Both the position numbers and the translations under genes were made by a program. DNA of 64,000 nt from the NCBI RefSeq assembly GCF_000315625.1, contig NW_005434472.1:10233-74232 (forward strand), written 5' to 3'. The first letter of the stretch is position 1; each line of letters starts with the position of its first letter. Below are positions 39,900 to 53,203 of the stretch, in pieces. The stretch is from Guillardia theta CCMP2712 (taxonomy: Eukaryota; Protista; Cryptophyta). The notes below the pieces were generated by a model, which saw nothing but the letters and a program-made list of their open reading frames with translations, was not told where the DNA came from and did not search any database.

Positions 39900-42800
39900 C
39901 CCCGTGAGGTCCCTCGTGATGCTCGACTCCTGCCCTTGACCCTCAGCGGTACACTTCCTCCTCTCTGCCGACTCACGAAGGTCTTGCCGACGACTCCTAC
40001 CGCTCCGAGCACGTGCCTCAACTTCCTATTGGTCCTCTGTTGAACGGCCATACGATGAGAGGCAGGATAGGGAAGGGCAGGAGCAGGGGAAGCGAGAGGA
40101 GGGATAGAGGGGGAGATAGTCACGGACAGGGAGGGAGAGAAAGAAGGGAAGCGGGGAGAGGAGGGTGTTGATGGAGAAAGAACTCGCCTCCTTCGACTCG
40201 CACATCCTTGTCAGAGCCTCACAGTTCAACGTTAACCTTGCAATCTCTTCCTTGGCCTTGGCAACCTGCGGGGATGTGAGTGAGGGGAGCCGAAAGCGTG
40301 GGAAGCAGCGTCACGTCCGATTCGAGGAGCTGGATGTGTTGGCCCTGCTCTCTGATCTTCGCGTCTCTCGCTTCAAGATTCCTTATCAGCTCGCCGCAGA
40401 AACTTTTGGGGGTCAGTCAGTGGACGTCAAACGGCGCGGGAAATCATACCGGCAAAGCCAATCGACATCGAGGAAGAAGAGGCTCAGCTCTTCCATCCAC
40501 CCCACCAACGAGTCTCGCAGTGCAGACTCTCGTCCTCGAGACTGATCCAAGGCCAACGAGCCCTGAGCCAGGAGCTCCTGTCCACGGCTATCAGCTCCTC
40601 CCCTTTCGCAGCACGTTCAACTCGCTCACTTGCAGCCTTGTCACGAGCTGCTCGTTCTCACTGTTCTTTGCCTCCAAAGAGTCTTTCAGCTCACTCATGA
40701 TCGACTGATGGGACCACAAGTAAGGTCGCAACCCAGGGCTGTTGAAGGGCGAGGCACGTACCAGCTCATCGGCCAGCACTCGTTTCTGCGACTTGACGTT
40801 GCCCAGCTCGAGTTGCAGGCCCCGGATCAATTCGCTCTCCCTGAGAAATTCTCGCTGGAAACGAGTCAGCTCCTCCAAGTGTTGCCGAGAGAGAGAGTCG
40901 AGCCGCGATTGTTGATCTCTGAATTCCAGGATCTGTCGACTGCTCTCGGCTTCCTTCCTCTGGGCCTCAAGCGCTTCCCGCTCGTCCCTCGCCCTCTGTG
41001 GATCAAGTTGTCAGAAGACACCTTCAAAGTGACTTACCCGGACACCTCTTGGCTCTCCCTCCAACCGCACAGGCCGGAGGACAGGAGCAGCTTCCTGTTG
41101 GCAGCATCGCGATCGAGTTGGAACGACTTGAGATGGCACACACGATCTGACCAGCACACGAGGACACTTTTCGACATTCGCCATCGCTGCCGATTGAGAA
41201 GGATACAAAGAATATTCTTGTACTTCAGCGAGGCCCTGCTCGTTTCCTTCCACTGATTCCACGACACCGCGAGATCCAGTCGTTTCCATCGCAGCATAAC
41301 TCGTGCACCAATCATTCCGAGTCGGTCAGCAAACGAGTAGACCTTGACCCAAGCCCCAAACGATTGCGACAGAGCATTTCGATTCTTCATGCTGCTTCCA
41401 AGACGAACATCCTTGATAGTGGGCAGCTGACAATGAAAGCGAATAAATGCCGAGGCCTTTAGTCTCATCAAGTGACCGGCAACGCAGCGACTGATAATAA
41501 ACTTGCAAGTCTTTCCGAAAGCAACAGAGTTCGACCAATTTCTGATCACCATCCTCAGCAACATAAAAGAGGAGAAAACATCGAAAGAAGACTTGCGTGG
41601 TACATCCACATCAAGAGATAGTCTCCAAACATCAAAGGCCCTCGCCATCCCTCCCTTCGCCCACCGCGTCGCTGTCCGCCTCCCTATCCGTCGCAGCTCT
41701 TGCTTCCTCTGCACGTGCTCCATCCAGCCTCCCAGAGACGTCGCCAGGCTCAGCCCCCGCCACCGCTTGATGATCTGCTGTCCTGTGACCCGCCGGGTCT
41801 TGACCTGCTCGCACAGCCCCTCCCAGGACCTCAAGCTCCCGACCAGCGTCAGCCTCAGGTCGATCTTCCGGAAGCTCGAGCCGATCCTGCTTATCGTCTC
41901 CTCCATCAGCCTCCTGGCCTCCGTTACCTCTGCCCAGCTTGTCCAGCTCTCGCCCAGCCGGAGCTTGCTCCACCGCCGGACGATCTTGCCCGCTCGCTCT
42001 CGCATGGCGACCCGTCGGTCGACGTTGGCTATCCACCCTTGCATGGCTGCCGCGAGTTTGCTATTCCATATCCTCCTGGCTGCCTTGTCTAGGCTCTCCT
42101 GCTGGCTCTGCGACACCTCTAGAGCGCTCGTCCACGTCTCGAAGCAGTACATCACGCGCCCGTGTACCCATCGTCTCAATACCCGACTGCACACTCGCTG
42201 TAGCGCCTGCCGCCTCGCATGGTCCGCTTTCCAGCTGCTCAGCCCCCGCCAGAGCAGCCCCTTCTGCCACCGGCCTGCACATCGCTGCAGCACCATCCTC
42301 GCATGTCCCTCCTCTACCCAGTGCTCTACCCACCTGCTGTAGCACTTGCCCAGGCTCCGCTGTAGCCACCGCCGAGCGACGCTCCGTCCTTTCTCGCGCA
42401 GCGCCTTGCCTCGTATGTGCGCCCTTGCCAGGGCTCGTAGCGCTCGCGTGCAAGCCCTCCTGCGCCGACCCTCCACGTGTACCTGCAGAGCCTCCCAGCG
42501 ACCCTTGCGGTCGCTGATGCCGTCGCGTAGAGCCCGCGAGCCCTCCCAGGCCTCCTTCAGCCTGTTGAAGCACCTCCATACTGCCAGGTTCCGTACCCTC
42601 CGCAGCGCCTTGCAGGTGATCTGCTTGAGCTCCTTCTTGTGTGCCCATGACTCTCCCCAGCCTGCCATAGCCCTCGACGAGCACAGCCGCTCCCTCCGAC
42701 CCGCCGCCCTCGCGTGCATCCTCCGGACAGTCGCGCGTCGGGCGGTCTCGTCGCGCCACCCGCGGAAGCTCTTGCTCTTGTACAGGTGGTTGAAGATGGC

Positions 42801-45800
42801 CATGTTCAGGTCAGCCTCTCCCCCGCTTGACTGCCGAAGGCTCTGGTGCGATACCCAGCTCTCGAAGGCCCTCGCCATCCCTCCCTTCGCCCACCGCGTC
42901 GCTGTCCGCCTCCCTATCCGTCGCAGCTCTTGCTTCCTCTGCACGTGCTCCATCCAGCCTCCCAGAGACGTCGCCAGGCTCAGCCCCCGCCACCGCTTGA
43001 TGATCTGCTGTCCTGTGACCCGCCGGGTCTTGACCTGCTCGCACAGCCCCTCCCAGGACCTCAAGCTCCCGACCAGCGTCAGCCTCAGGTCGATCTTCCG
43101 GAAGCTCGAGCCGATCCTGCTTATCGTCTCCTCCATCAGCCTCCTGGCCTCCGTTACCTCTGCCCAGCTTGTCCAGCTCTCGCCCAGCCGGAGCTTGCTC
43201 CACCGCCGGACGATCTTGCCCGCTCGCTCTCGCATGGCGACCCGTCGGTCGACGTTGGCTATCCACCCTTGCATGGCTGCCGCAAGTTTGCTATTCTTGA
43301 ATGTCAGAGAAATCTTGAGCAATACGCGGTCAGTTTGAAGTGTGTCTTTCCACATCTCGAAGCAGGACATCACGCGCCCGTGTACCCATCGTCTCAATAC
43401 CCGACTGCATACTCGCTGTAGCGCCTGCCGCCTCGCATGGTCCGCTTTCCAGCTGCTCAGCCCCCGCCAGAGCAGCCCCTTCTGCCACCGGCCTGCACAT
43501 CGCTGCAGCACCATCCTCGCATGTCCCTCCTCTACCCAGTGCTCTACCCACCTGCTGTAGCACTTGCCCAGGCTCCGCTGTAGCCACCGCCGAGCGACGC
43601 TCCGTCCTTTCTCGCGCAGCGCCTTGCCTCGTATGTGCGCCCTTGCCAGGGCTCGTAGCGCTCGCGTGCAAGCCCTCCTGCGCCGACCCTCCACGTGTAC
43701 CTGCAGAGCCTCCCAGCGACCCTTGCGGTCGCTGATGCCGTCGCGTAGAGCCCGCGAGCCCTCCCAGGCCTCCTTCAGCCTGTTGAAGCACCTCCATACT
43801 GCCAGGTTCCGTACCCTCCGCAGCGCCTTGCAGGTGATCTGCTTGAGCTCCTTCTTGTGTGCCCATGACTCTCCCCAGCCTGCCATAGCCCTCGACGAGC
43901 ACAGCCGCTCCCTCCGACCCGCCGCCCTCGCGTGCATCCTCCGGACAGTCGCGCGTCGGGCGGTCTCGTCGCGCCACCCGCGGAAGCTCTTGCTCTTGTA
44001 CAGGTGGTTGAAGATGGCCATGTTCAGGTCAGCCTCTCCCCCGCTTGACTGCCGAAGGCTCTGGTGCGATACCCAGCTCTCGAAGGCCCTCGCCATCCCT
44101 CCCTTCGCCCACCGCGTCGCTGTCCGCCTCCCTATCCGTCGCAGCTCTTGCTTCCTCTGCACGTGCTCCATCCAGCCTCCCAGAGACGTCGCCAGGCTCA
44201 GCCCCCGCCACCGCTTGATGATCTGCTGTCCTGTGACCCGCCGGGTCTTGACCTGCTCGCACAGCCCCTCCCAGGACCTCAAGCTCCCGACCAGCGTCAG
44301 CCTCAGGTCGATCTTCCGGAAGCTCGAGCCGATCCTGCTTATCGTCTCCTCCATCAGCCTCCTGGCCTCCGTTACCTCTGCCCAGCTTGTCCAGCTCTCG
44401 CCCAGCCGGAGCTTGCTCCACCGCCGGACGATCTTGCCCGCTCGCTCTCGCATGGCGACCCGTCGGTCGACGTTGGCTATCCACCCTTGCATGGCTGCCG
44501 CGAGTTTGCTATTCCATATCCTCCTGGCTGCCTTGTCTAGGCTCTCCTGCTGGCTCTGCGACACCTCTAGAGCGCTCGTCCACGTCTCGAAGCAGTACAT
44601 CACGCGCCCGTGTACCCATCGTCTCAATACCCGACTGCACACTCGCTGTAGCGCCTGCCGCCTCGCATGGTCCGCTTTCCAGCTGCTCAGCCCCCGCCAG
44701 AGCAGCCCCTTCTGCCACCGGCCTGCACATCGCTGCAGCACCATCCTCGCATGTCCCTCCTCTACCCAGTGCTCTACCCACCTGCTGTAGCACTTGCCCA
44801 GGCTCCGCTGTAGCCACCGCCGAGCGACGCTCCGTCCTTTCTCGCGCAGCGCCTTGCCTCGTATGTGCGCCCTTGCCAGGGCTCGTAGCGCTCGCGTGCA
44901 AGCCCTCCTGCGCCGACCCTCCACGTGTACCTGCAGAGCCTCCCAGCGACCCTTGCGGTCGCTGATGCCGTCGCGTAGGGCCCGCGAGCCCTCCCAGGCC
45001 TCCTTCAGCCTGTTGAAGCACCTCCATACTGCCAGGTTCCGTACCCTCCGCAGCGCCTTGCAGGTGATCTGCTTGAGCTCCTTCTTGTGCGCCCATGACT
45101 CTCCCCAGCCTGCCATAGCCCTCGACGAGCACAGCCGCTCCCTCCGACCCGCCGCCCTCGCGTGCATCCTCCGGACAGTCGCGCGTCGGGCGGTCTCGTC
45201 GCGCCACCCGCGGAAGCTCTTGCTCTTGTACAGGTGGTTGAAGATGGCCATGTTCAGGTCAGCCTCTCCCCCGCTTGACTGCCGAAGGCTCTGGTGCGAT
45301 ACCCAGCTCTCGAAGGCCCTCGCCATCCCTCCCTTCGCCCACCGCGTCGCTGTCCGCCTCCCTATCCGTCGCAGCTCTTGCTTCCTCTGCACGTGCTCCA
45401 TCCAGCCTCCCAGAGACGTCGCCAGGCTCAGCCCCCGCCACCGCTTGATGATCTGCTGTCCTGTGACCCGCCGGGTCTTGACCTGCTCGCACAGCCCCTC
45501 CCAGGACCTCAAGCTCCCGACCAGCGTCAGCCTCAGGTCGATCTTCCGGAAGCTCGAGCCGATCCTGCTTATCGTCTCCTCCATCAGCCTCCTGGCCTCC
45601 GTTACCTCTGCCCAGCTTGTCCAGCTCTCGCCCAGCCGGAGCTTGCTCCATCTGTTTAGGATCGACACACATTTTGTTTTGGTCTGCTTTCGCGATTTTG
45701 TGTGTTTTATCCATTGATCTACTGCATTTTGGAGAATTTTTGTTTTGCACATCACGTCACAGTACGATGATATTCGTGATTTTAATGTAACGGGGGCTCC

Positions 45801-48800
45801 ATCAGAATCGGCGTCTGTTTGACTCTGGAATATACGGTTGACCAGCAACTTCTCTGAACGTTTGAATCTTTGATGATTCTCGAACCACAAATGTATCAAT
45901 TTCGCGCCGGTAGAGCAAGACTTGAATTTCGATTTTAGTTCAAAAATCTTGTTCCAATCTTGTACCGCTATTAACATGCATTTCCATATTCCCATGGCAT
46001 GACTCAGACATGAGCTGATCCGCATTTTTCCGCATCTGAACATGACTTGGGCTCTGTGGTTCCTGGTACTCACTGCATGCTGTCGGAGAATAAACCAGCA
46101 TTTTCTAGTTCCAAGGAAGTTTTGCGCTGCCTTAGCAAAGCCAGCTTTCTTCTGTTGTTCTTCATTGAAGACACAAATCTCTTCCAAAAACCCAACGACA
46201 CGCGATTTCGCTCGCTCTAGAGTTTTTATGAACATTCGCCTTGCGATTGCGACTAGATACAATTTTCCATCCTTTTGTGATGGATTTGAGCATCCTAGTC
46301 TTCTTCGAAGCTTTAATTTTCTGCAATTTTTTCTGCAACAATTTGTTCTTGCAAACATGATATTTCCACTGATTGAACAACACTCTGCTGTACCTTGATG
46401 AATTCACCTGTGCAACGGATTGAATGGAAGTGATTTTCTTATTTTATGCTTTCTGCTTTGGACGCTTGAAAGAAAAAGTCTGACCCATGCCTTGAGTGCA
46501 TATCTGAGTCTTCGCTTCAAAAGCATCTTGGATGAAACAGTTGAAACTAAGATAACTTTTGACGAGACTCCACTGGCATTCCGCCAGTCATTGAATGCCG
46601 CGGAAGACGAAAGGCGCCTTCTATTATGAGCAAGCAAAGAAACACGATATTGAATAGCTTCTTTCTCACAATCTTGTTGTTTCCAAATTTCAAAATGGTT
46701 CAGAAGGCAAACATACTGTTGTTTAAGAGAAATCTTTTTGCCATTCTGGACCTTCTCTTCAACCCTTGAAGCGCGGCAAATGCCTTACAAGAGCATCGTA
46801 CCATTGAGTTGCCTCGTATTCTTCCCTCTTTCATCTTTCTACCTTTCTTTTGAACGATGTAATGCATCCACATGTTGAACAAGGTTTTCAAGCCCATCAG
46901 TCTTGCTTTTGATATCCGAAAGTGCCTTTGCTTCTTGTACAAACACCTCCATGCCCAAGCATCGAAATACTCGGCCAATTGACTTGTACGGTTTCGTGAA
47001 TTCACACGTTTCAACACAAACTTCCGCACAGAGGGTGGCAACCCATCTCCATACAAGTCTTCCCATCCCGATGAACCTGACAGCCGATCGGCGACGAAAT
47101 TGAGCTGCTCTTCTTCCTCACCAGACTGTAACATTCGTTGGAAAGAATCATGAGTGGGATTCATGACGGGCCCTGTTTCCAATTTCTCGATTGCGCTGGG
47201 CTCCAGGGCCCGGCTAGGGTTCATCTCAAGTCTCTGCACATCAGAAACGGGGTTTGGAGAAGACTCCGCCATCGCCTCGTGGTCTTTTCGTACTTGCAGT
47301 TGTTGGTACTTCTCTCTCTCCGAACAAAGCACTTGCTGGAGTTCGTCATGCTGCTGGCTGAGGGTAGCATACGCATCCTTTGAGGCTTGAAGATCCTCCT
47401 GCAACTTTTTGGCCTCCATCGCTAGCGAGTTTGATTTTGACTTCAGCATCTCTGCCAAAGAATCCGTCCTGTCCTTTGCCTCTTGGACCAACAAATCGCT
47501 CGCATGCAGCTGTTCTTGCAATGCTACAATCTCTCCATCCTTAGCCTGCAAGTGCATGCTCATCTCTTCCAACATCCTCTTATCTCCGTCACAGCGGACT
47601 TCCATTATCTGTAGGTCTTCCTCGAGCCTTTGCTTCTCTGTCTGCCACTGATGGCTGAGTTGCATGAATTCTTCTCCAAAGAGTTTCGCTTGGTTCTCAA
47701 CCATTTCCCTTCTCTTCTTTTCGTTTTCCAGTTCCCTCAGGAGTGCTTCAATGTCTTGCTGCAGCCTGTCGTCCTCGTGGCCACGAGCACACGGGGTCTG
47801 CAAGAGCATCCTTTCCCCTCATGATGGCTGTGAACCAGAGACTTGTCAAGAAGGAGACTCTCGTTAGGGTGTAGGTTCTCAAAGCACTTCTCGATTGAAT
47901 CGATCGCATGCTGCATATGCTCTATCCGCTGATTCAAATTCTCTTCGCCTGAAGTTCCCTCGACCCCCTCCTCTCCATCGATTTCGTGCAGAATCTCCTG
48001 TGTTTCATTAATGTTGCTCTCTAACTCGGCTTCCAGCGCACATATGGTCCGCCGCATGTGCTCCTGCAGGAGTTCATGGTTGGATTCTAGCTGAGAGAAC
48101 TTCTGTTCTATCTTTGAGATCAACGTCCCCACTCCTCTGTACAGGCGAGCTTCTTCCAGGAGCAGGTACATGTCCTTGGTCTGAACGCTCTCTCAGTAAC
48201 TCACATGAGCCAACCAACTTCAGACGATCTCACATCCTCAACGAAGTTCAAGGGAGCTCTCACGCACACGACGACCTGCTCCAATCCGCTGCCGGCCCTG
48301 CGGACTTTGAGGGACACCTGTCGTGGAGCTCAGGGTCAGTCGAGACGTCGTCTTGATGCTTCAGCACCTTTGAGCCGACTATGTTGCTTCCTCGAACTGC
48401 ATCAACAACGGTCTCTGGATCGACGGGCCTATCATCCACCGCCAGAATCTGATCGTCGATTTCAAGCCTGCACAAAGTTCAGGGTCGGTCGCTTTTCTCG
48501 CAGGACCAAAGGCTCACTTCTTCCCCACTATCGGCCTGGAGCCAGGAGATCCCGGTATGACAAACTTGACCCGACAGCCTGTCAATATGACCCCAATAGT
48601 TGTACCAGTGCTCCCTGAAATGACAAAGGCGTGCTCCCGCTGAAACTCCGCGATGACTTCTTTTGGATTTCTCTGTGAGGACGCAGATTAGTAGGCAGAT
48701 AGGCAGGAAAGCAACACATGCAGAACAGATGCACGAGGAAAACGATCGAAGAGAGTGATTCATTGTGTACAACACAAGCAGAATATCAATCCTACACACG

Positions 48801-48993
48801 TCCAATAGGACAGCTTTGAATTTTTGAACCTTGAAATGCATACCCACAGCCCTCCTCTCATGCTGCAGACATCGCTCGCACGGCTTCGCATACAGTCATC
48901 CTCCCATCATACCATGAACTTCGCAGCTCGCATCTGCTTCTCCATAGCCTTCGCCGCCATCACCGCCGCCACCGCTCCCTTGAGCTTCAACAT
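39900..48993 (-). CDS. Giant PDZ-like / coiled-coil / Sfi1-like (centrin-binding-type) repeat protein (ends approximate)
   Basis: 5' exons GTTIGVILTGCRVKFVIPGSP..LEIDDQILAVDDRPVDPETVVDAVRG are PDZ-like. Coiled-coil ORFs lie at 47737..48171 and 46700..47809. The 1774-aa ORF 41034..46358 has A/S-F/L-x-x-W motifs about every 33 aa. Coiled-coil 3' exons lie at 40200-40990. Confidence 0.7.
41634..45650 (-). repeat. ~1218/1230-bp near-identical coding tandem repeat, ~3.3 copies
   Basis: Identical shadow ORFs start at 42759, 43977 and 45207, and at 42036, 43266 and 44484, giving periods of 1218 and 1230. Confidence 0.95.
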
Positions 48994-49949
48994 TTTCCCC
49001 CGGCAGAGCAGGACCCCCTACCCCGAACACTCTTCACTTTTAGCACCCCTTCTTTTCACTTCAAACTACCCTACCTTCTCTACAGTAGTGCATCGCTATC
49101 ACCCCACCCATACGTCAGTCCATATCGGGCACAAGTCGGCTGGGGTGGGTCAGTGAGTACTCATCTTGGGGGGTGGGTCAGTACCTCCTTTCCGGAGCTG
49201 TGGAAGAATTATAGTGGGGTGGGGGTCATAACGACAATCAGTCCGTTGTTTATGCCTGGGGTAGTATTAAGCTAAAAGAAGGGTAGGGGGTCATAGTGAA
49301 GGGGTGTATGTATTCAGAAGGGGTAGTCAAATTTGGCGTCTCTTGAAGATGAGGGGAGCGATCAAACAATGATTGACGCGAAGAGAAGCGAAGGGAGGGA
49401 GGAGGGAGGAGGGAGGTAGGGAGTGAGGAATATTGATGGAGGAAGGGAGGGGAAGGAAGGGAGGAAGGAGGAAGGAGGAAGGAGGGAGGGAGAAGGGAGG
49501 GAGGAGGGAGGAAGGATGGAGGAGGGAGGGAGGAAGGAGGGAGAAGGGGAAGGAAAGGAAAGGCGAGAGAAGAAACGGGCAGGGAAGAGGGGAAGGGATG
49601 AAGGTCGAATGTGAAGGGAGGATAGGAAAGATGCCAGCTTGATGGGACTGAGAAGAGTAGCGTTTGAAGGAGGAGGTGTGCGTGCAGGGGGCGACCTTGG
49701 AGTGAGATGTGAGAAGGGGAGGGGGGTAGGAGATACGAATACAGAAGAGTGCGTGGACGATTTGTGGATGCATGACTCGAGACAAGAGGAGAGGTAGCTT
49801 CCTCAGGTGCTGGGCCTTGGCAGGAGGTTGTGGGAATTGTAACAGCTGAATCAACGGTTCTTGATGTTTGCTTGGACAGGTGTTGATCTGCCTATGAGAA
49901 TGAATCCGAAATCCCGAGCTTGTTTGTGAAGAGTCTGATGCAAAGAGAG

Positions 49950-52932
49950 ATGATTAGACTCTTACTCTTACTCATCTGCTTGATCGGCCCCTGCCATGGT
50001 CAATTCCGTGGAGGGTCCCTCGCATGGGAGGTGCTAGACTACGAGCAGAATCTTGTTCGGTTCACGTTGAGATCTTCATGGATCAGATCTTCAGGCACAT
50101 TCGTCAAAGTTGTGAACGGGGTCGCCGTCCCCATGGATGGATACCAGCCGGTGGTGGGAGATGTGGTGAGAGTTCTGGGTCGACTGACCCCGAAGTTCTT
50201 GTTCGAGGAGTCATTCGAGGATTACTTGCACATGACCGTTACCTACAACACGTATCCGTTCGGTTCGAACCCTAACTCAGGTCATTACGTAGGAAACTGG
50301 ACCTTTCTAGGCACGAACTGGATCGAGGGCACGAGTACCTGGGACATCAAGGTCCCGTCCAAGGACAAGACGTATGTCGCAGAACTGCAGGGTTGCTGTA
50401 GGGATGTGCTCGCTGCAGACAGCAACGCTGTGTTGGCCCGCGGGGTTCACGATCAAGCAGAGACTCCTTTTGTTCTGCGGACGACCGTGTCTCTGAACAA
50501 GATCCCGCCCCCTCTGTCCTTCATGCCGTTTTATGCTCCTTTCTTCATCGCCACCACGCAGGTCAACGCGGAGGTCTACCTCGAGCTTCCTTTTCTTGAT
50601 TACAACAGCTCCTTCAAGTCGGCACCGAGCACCTGGAACCATGAGGACGAGGCGTGGGCTGCTAACGTGGAAACTGCCCTCAAAGAGGAGCAGGGAAATC
50701 TGGTGCTGCAGCCTCCAGTCATGAAGCAGTTTTCAAACATCTTGCAGCAACCAGATACAATGAATCTGAACACCCTCCCTCCGCTCAATCCGCCCAAGCC
50801 AGTTGCAACCACTCTCAAATTCACTGGAATGAATGTCAGGCTTCTCAGGAATCCGTCTTCGGTTCTGACTCTGTTCCCGAGCAACGACTGCACTGGAACA
50901 ATTCGAGAGCAGATCGTAGTTGGCAAGGACATTTGCCCAGGAGGGCCCATTCAGAATTTCAGCCAGACTGGTGTTGGTATCAGGGAGAGCTTGCAATCCA
51001 TCCTTGTTCCTAGCGGGCTTTCCTTTGCCCTTGTTGACGCATGTGAGTTCTCAGAGACTCCTGCCTGGGTCTTGAGTTCGGACAATCCCTTCTACTTCGG
51101 CGATGTGCTTCAGACCTGTAACAACATGGATGGGACGCAATCGTGCTGCACTGTCACGTCGTCGGTGGCTTCAAAGCTGAAAGGTTTCAGGGTCGTGGAC
51201 AGCACTTCCAAGACTGCGCCTTCTATCAACAACATGGTCCAGATCCAATACACCCAGGTTAACGGGCGGTATGTCATCAAGCTGCAGCCGAAGAATTTGG
51301 CGGCTGGCCGCTACCCCATCACTTGTACCATAGCATCGGAGGGCTCCACCATCACAACCGTGGAGTTCGTTCTCGCTGTATTCCAGAAGCAGCCGAACAA
51401 CTATTTTGGGCAACAATCGACGATGAATTATCCACAGGTCAGGACTGCAAATCCTCTCGTCAAGACCCTTTGCTAAACCCTGCGGCAGGAGTTTGTGACA
51501 TCCACTGGCTTTTCGTTCAACGCTAGTTGGATTCTCAACTCAGAGGTGAGAATTCTGATCGTGCTTCCTTCAGCTTACCTGCTGACAGAAAAAATTCACT
51601 GTTTTCGACAACATCGAAGCCTCGACTTGGGGCAGCAACCGTCCAGTATCAGCTTGGACGCTCCAGGGATCGAACTCGATATGGATCCTCCAGTGGCCAT
51701 CAAGTCCGTGCGTACAGAGCACCGGAATGTTCTTCTACTGCTTCACTGCGGTCATGCAGACAGACAGCCACGATTGGGAGAACCTGGTGACAAGAATCTG
51801 ATCTAGCACCATATCACGATGACTTTGAGTGACCGCAGAAATGTTCCCTGATCCGTGTGGTAGTGGACCTCGCTCCAAGAATCTCTGTCTTCGAATCCTC
51901 TCGTCCCGATGTAGACGCCAACATGTACAGGTTGATTTCAAGCGACAGCAAGTGCGTGCGATCTGACTCATCCTTTGCAGTGTTTATATGGGCGATCGAC
52001 TTGAGCTGGTGGTCAAGGCTGCTGACAACCCCCAAGACATGGTGGAGGTACTCGGTCTGACGAAGCTCGATGTCAACACGGGAGATCGCTTCAGAGGGCG
52101 GATCCGGTACGAGTCGGAGCGCGTGGATTTGGTCGGCGGAAGGATGTCCCTCTACTATCCGATCCCAGGGTTCACCGCCTCCATCCCAAAGCTGACGGAG
52201 ATTCAGCCGCATCCCTTCATGTCACTGAGCATCGGCGGGCCAAGGAATCTCACGCAGGCGCTGCTGGTACCTTATGAGAGGGAGCGTGTCGTTTCTTTCG
52301 TGCCTACTCGCCTCCACTCAGGGTAAGTTCCTTTTCCCCACAACCCCCTCCGCCCTGGCGGGTACCCTGAGCTTGCTCACAGGCTCAATTTCTCCATGTG
52401 CTTCCTTGCGATAGACACGAGGGGCCTTTGCAGACCGTACGGGTCGGGCAGCCAGCGTTGCATCCAGATCCATGTCCCCAAGTGCAAGTATCTGCTCAGC
52501 CAGGGAAGCGACCTAACAAGGGTCGCTGGCTTGTTCCGCACCAACTGGTTTCAGGTACTACCACCAGTCTGTCCTCCACACTCTGTCTTAAGACTGAAGC
52601 CTCAACTCCTGCAGCTGTTTGCTCTGAACCCCTTGTTCACGACCCCCGAAACAGCGCTTGCCACTGACTACGTGGTCATTGATATTGGCAAGCACTACAC
52701 GGTACTACGAGCCCTTCCCAGCCTCTCCCTAAGCTCCCCACCGTAACACCCGCTGCAGATCTCTCCTGGAGAAACGCTTGCTGGAGTCGCGGAGTTGATG
52801 GGAACGGATCTGCAGAGCATGCAGTTCTTCAACACTGAGCTCGCGCCCCAGCGGGAGCCTGGATGGATGCTCGAGGTCGTCCCGGGCATGCAGATTTGCG
52901 TGTTGCCCGACTCCTGCAAGTCCAACGTGTAG
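49950..52932 (+). CDS. Large secreted protein with two C-terminal LysM-like domains
   Basis: Signal peptide MIRLLLLLICLIGPCHG followed by QFRGGSLAW..GCCR. C-terminal exons CKYLLSQGSDLTRVAGLFRTNWFQ|LFALNP and HYT|ISPGETLAGVAELMGTDLQSMQFFN..PGMQICV follow the LysM pattern. Confidence 0.75.
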
Positions 52933-53203
52933 GACTGAAGAGGGGCTGGTGCATGTTGTAATGTTGTATTGAGGAAAACAATAGGAAAGGGAAGGAAGAA
53001 CTCAGAAGTTGCCGGTGGGATGGTTAGGCAGCAGGGCAGCTGCTGGCAAGTCAGTCGGGAGACCTCCAAGTCTCGAGAGCACTTGAAGGGCTTCAGTCGC
53101 TTGCATCCATGCCGCTAGCAACACCCCCTTCCTCCACCTGCTCCACTTCAGGATACCCATCGACAGTCGTTGCAAGATAGTCACCTGGCCACCCTCCGAC
53201 GAT

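Noticed and set aside
41503-45750. Multiple 130-408 aa ORFs on the + strand and in alternative frames
   Set aside because: Shadows of the GC-rich Sfi1-like repeat exon.
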